From contig JALJEE010000343.1 in the NCBI GenBank assembly GCA_023231475.1, positions 62,001 to 121,965 of the forward strand: a stretch of 59,965 bases of DNA. The letters run 5' to 3'. Below are positions 55,420 to 59,965 of this stretch, one piece after another (the first letter of the stretch is position 1; the number at the start of each line of letters is the position of its first letter). The translations under genes and the position numbers were made by a program. The DNA is from Seison nebaliae (lineage: Eukaryota). The notes under the pieces were generated by a model. That model was not told the origin of the DNA. It saw nothing but the letters and a program-made list of their open reading frames with translations, and ran no database searches.

Positions 55420-58368
55420 ATGTCCGAATTGAGGTTTACTATTCTTCTTCATTTTCTTTCACCATTCCACTGCTACTGAAACTTATTTATAACAATGACG
55501 TCCTATGAAATTCTTTTTCCCTTAATCAATAACAGATTCTTATACTAAACACACTAATAACAGATATAATCTGACGATATTAATTAATTTTCCGGTTTTT
55601 AGTGAACACCAGGCCAAATCGATATTAAGTCAAGCTGGTCCCCAAGAAACATATTATGAAAGAAATTACAAGACTACTGGAATTGCACCCGGTCTAATTG
55701 ACAATGATATGAGTACGGGAATGGAACAAGTTAGAATTGATGGAAATAATGCTGAAAATTATGAAGAACAACAAAAACAAGAACATGAAGAATATACTGA
55801 TTATAATCAGAATTCGGAAAAATTTGAAGAACATTCAAATTTGAATGATAATAATGCATTTTCATCGAATATCGCTGAAACAGATGTTGCAAATTTAGAT
55901 ACCTCAAAAATTTTAGTTAATAGTGATCCTAATCCAGTTGTGATTAAGAAGCCGAACCACGAACAAATCGTTTATCAACAAAAAGTTCGAATTCGTTATC
56001 TTAAACCACCGACTCCTCCAGAACCTGCACCGATTATTATTCGAGAGAAACGACAAGATATTCCAGTAGCTGAACCTCCGATTGTTGTAGCCAAGCGCGA
56101 ACCTCAAGCTCCTTCGCCACCTCCTCTTACTATACGAGAACGTCCACCAACTCCCCCACCTATATTGAAACCGATTATACAAGTGAGAGAGATTCCTGCG
56201 CCACAACAACCACCTCGACAATTAATCTTACGAAAGATACCTGCACCACCACCGAAACCTCGAGAAGTTATATTAGAAAAATGGCTCCCATATCCCGAAC
56301 AGAAAAGGAAAGTTATATATCAAAAAGCTGAACCGTTGAAAAATAATGAACCGTTGAAGAACTATATTATTGAATATGAAGCACCAAAAGCCGTAGCAGT
56401 TAAACATATCATTGAAGAAGGAATAACAGCAGTTGATCCTGCTAATTATTATCGAAATCAAGGTGACCAAGAAAAAGGAGAAATTTGTTATATTGACAAA
56501 ATTAAAGATATTCCGGATAGACCCACATCGCATAAGTTCAGTTCATCTTCAGGAAATGTTTATGGTAATTCGCAAGAGAATTCAGTTGTCATGAAAGACT
56601 CCAGTGATCTGAATTCTCAGACACAAAATGTGAATAATATTGGAACAAGTTTAGTAAGACTTTTAAAGACTTTTTTTTCATAACCATCATCTAAATCGAT
56701 TAACAGTTGAGGGTGACAGGAAGGTGAAAGCTAAAGCCGTAACTGCTACTTTTGTTACATATCCTACAGTTCGGAAAGGTTCACTTAATCAACAAGATGT
56801 TGAGTCTTTGTTGATTAATGAGAATTCGGATGACATAGCTCCTTCAACGAATGGTAATGAAACAGAAAACTTCAGTGGAAATAAAGGCAAACCGACTTCT
56901 TTACCTAATTCAAAAGAGAATAACGAAAAGAAAGAATCAATCGATTTAGCATCATATCTTCTTACCCTTGAAACTGAACAATCAAATGAAGAGGACGATA
57001 TAATAAACTTTGTTAATAAAGAAACCGGTCGTCAAATATTTCAAAATCAAAATCGGTTCAATAGAACTTCATCAGAAAGCACGACACAAAGTACAGAATC
57101 GAAAAAATTTAATTTCTTCTCAAAAAAGAAAGCGCCAAATAGAACAACAATGAAAAGTTTCTCCTTTTTTATAAACACTTAAATAAAATTTCTCTCATTT
57201 AAGACGACAACAAAATTTATGAAGAAAATGAGGAGTCTACACTGGAATTTAATAATAATGAAAATGGAATTATTTTAGGAACAGTACCAGCAGAGAAAGA
57301 TAATGAAAAACCGAATCTTTCAGAAAAAGATATTGATAATTTATTAGATAATTTAAATTTAAAGATGGAAGAACATATGCAGCTACCAATAAATGATGAG
57401 AAGAATAATAATGGTTTAATGAAGAATGCGAAAAGTAGCGAAAAAAAAAATAAATATTTCGATTGTACATTTGTCTATAACAGCGATGAATCAACAAATA
57501 AAAATCATATTTGAACAAATTTATTCATCTAAGTTTTCATCTAATAAACTTTCAATTAACGCTAATTTTTTTTACAATTTCTTTTCATGTATTAATACTC
57601 ATAGATATGTTAACCGTCATTAATAAAATTCAACATTTTCTAATCTAATAATTTTGACTCATCCTTTAAACTCTTCTCTCTTTCACTTAGAATGTCCTCC
57701 TCGCAACATTACAACTGTTGATGATGTGTTGAACTTTGTAAACAAGCAGCAAAATTCTCAATCAAACCATGAACAATATGTTCAACAGAATTGTGAGCAA
57801 AAGAAATGCACAACAATCAATGATGGTATACCGTTGAAGAAATGGTTTACAAATTCATCTACTGCAAATCAAGAAATGTCATCAGCTCAATTTTCTCCGT
57901 TGCCTTTCAATAAAACTAAGCAACCAGAGAATAATGCACGCAGTAGTAGCCGAACATCATCGCAAAATTCTCGTATTCAACCTCAAAAACCTCGTCAGGT
58001 TATTCATTATGACGGTATTTATCAATCCCCAAAAAATCCTATTTCTAAACAACCAAATATAAAACTTTGTGACAGAATCGATGGTTCATGTTTTATTAAA
58101 ATAACTTATAATTCAATGAAATAATCTTTTAGGGTTACCTAAATTCCCTCCTAAGAAAGTGAGTGGATATCGTGGTAAACTGGTTCCCATATCCAAAATG
58201 ATGAGCAGCCAAAAGAAATCACAAAAACATACACACCGGAAAGAAATCGACGAATCTAGCGATTCATTCTCATCCGATTCATCTTCTTCCACGTCAAGTG
58301 ATTGTACTTATTTGAAGGAATTGATGGAGAAATACCAAAAAACTAAAGGACGTAAAAATTACAAATAA
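55420..58368 (+). CDS. Pro-rich protein with RYLKPPTPP...EKWLPY domain and low-complexity tail, ~6 exons
   Basis: ORFs 55709, 56724, 57654 and 58159 join in frame through GT-AG introns. Periodic P-rich/IIIRE motifs at 55920-56450. Confidence 0.75.
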
Positions 58369-59314
58369 AACTGTCATTAATTCTATAATATGAAAATATT
58401 CCATCCAAATTTTCTTTTATCTTCATTTTTACTAAAATTTAAAAAATGTCTGGAATAACAATTATAAACTGCACTTTAAAACTTATTTCAAAAATTTATC
58501 TTTTATTAAATGACAACACAAAAAATAAATAAACAATCTATATTCATAGGAATATATGATATCATATAGAAGAAAAGGCATATTTGAGTTGTCTGACTTG
58601 ATAAACTTCTTTCTGGAACATTTTTTTTCCAATTTATTATATTATTTATTTATATAGATTAATTATGATTAGAGATATTAGATAATAATACCAATATTAT
58701 TAGTAAGTTTAATTTTAGGGTTCATTATTTTAGATCGTTATTTTTACTTTAATTTTTGAGTGTATAATGGAATCCAATATGGGAATACAAAAAGGTTGAC
58801 GGGATAAGGTTTTTTGATATCACAATTGAAGACATCTCCTATTACAAAATGAGAATCTCGGTTCTTCAAGACAGTGGATTAGATTATTGAGAGCGAAGAA
58901 CAGAGACTTGAATAATCATTCAGTCGGAGATAAACGTTGAAGCAGAGAATGATTTGAATAACAAAACAAACGACGTTGGTCGACAGTTGGATAAAAGATG
59001 TGGGATGAAGATTCTTAGATATCAATATCGGTTAAACGGTGCACCGGATACGTTATCGGAGTGCAGGAGAGCAGAAAAAATAGTGCAGTATAGATCAGGC
59101 ATGTATGAAGTAAGTAAAAATGAGTGTTTAAGGGAAGAAAAAGAGAAAAGTTGTAGCTCTCTTATCTCTTAATGTTAATCTCTCTTATTAATCTCTATTC
59201 AATAGTTCAATAGTCACATAGTAGAGTATTCAAGGACAATAAAATCTTCTAAATTCATCTTTTTTAACGTTAAGCTAATAATATATCAAACAATAAAGGA
59301 CCAAAAGTTATAAA

Positions 59315-59576
59315 TTGAAAGTCCTTTTCCTACTTTAACGGACAGAATAGTACTGGGACAATATAATCGTTGGAAAATTATGATAGGGGGGAAAATATAT
59401 TTTTTTAGGAATAAAAATTTTTATATAGATAGAAAAAAAAGGAATAATTCCTAAAATATTGCTACCTATAATAATATTATTCCTAATAAAATATATTTTT
59501 CCCCCTATCATAATTTTTCAACGAATATATTGTCCCAGTACTATTCTGTCCGTTAAAGTAGGAAAGGGACTTTCAA
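59315..59576. mobile_element. Palindromic MITE/foldback-like element with ~100-bp inverted arms
   Basis: ttgaaagtccttttcctactttaacggacagaatagtactgggacaatata...ggaaaatatatt...taggaataa is mirrored by ttattccta...aatatattttcc...tatattgtcccagtactattctgtccgttaaagtaggaaagggactttcaa. Non-coding. Confidence 0.8.
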
Positions 59577-59965
59577 AAAAATGTTGCTTCGCCGTCCCTT
59601 TTTTCTCCTTTTCTTTCCTTCACTTCGTTTCCCTTCGCGAAGTGGGAGTATGTATAGCTCGCGAAGGGAAGATGTCTGGAATTTTTCATCTATTAAAAGG
59701 GGGACGAAGAAATTTATTTCCCTTCGCACTTCGTATCCCTATCACTAGTATAAGGTAGAAAACAAGAAACGAAATTTTCGTTTTTAGTTATGTTGTTGTT
59801 TTACTTGTACTTTTTATGTTATATTGTAGGAAACCTGTGAAAAAACGAGAAAAAAACAATTAGTTTTGTACAGAGGAGGATTATAAATAGGAAGAGATAA
59901 ATGGAAAAAAGGCACTTCTACTATTATTCAGAAAACCACATTTACTATTTTCGATTCTTCAAATC

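Overview
AT-rich, very gene-dense eukaryotic (invertebrate animal) genomic DNA with mostly ~40-65 nt introns. About 21 protein-coding genes were reconstructed by hand from the ORF track plus splice sites: HYLS1, 14-3-3, an Ig-domain membrane protein, HECTD2, a polyQ orphan, a miniature kettin/Sls-type titin, an SRSF4/5/6-like protein, AGPS, GRASP55/65, PRADC1, INTS11, a Pmp3 proteolipid, selenoprotein T, EXOSC3, a CRAL-TRIO protein, SETDB1, a secreted peptide precursor, a Zasp/PDLIM-type PDZ protein, a minimal multiplexin collagen and a Pro-rich protein. The Pro-rich family and the architecture suggest a rotifer-related (syndermatan) spiralian, which is inference only. The strongest signal is an apparently remodelled splicing system. 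About 90% of hand-inferred 5' splice sites are GTT rather than GT[AG], and AAG acceptors are common. The SR-family protein has no RS domain, and the snRNA-processing nuclease INTS11 carries a ~1,050-aa in-frame insertion. Other highlights: mutually exclusive 164-nt exons in 14-3-3, a Sec-TGA plus SECIS in SelT, a pre-miRNA-sized hairpin behind INTS11, X-boxes and palindromic MITE-like elements. No tRNA, rRNA or CRISPR was seen. All exon coordinates are manual and unverified by transcripts.
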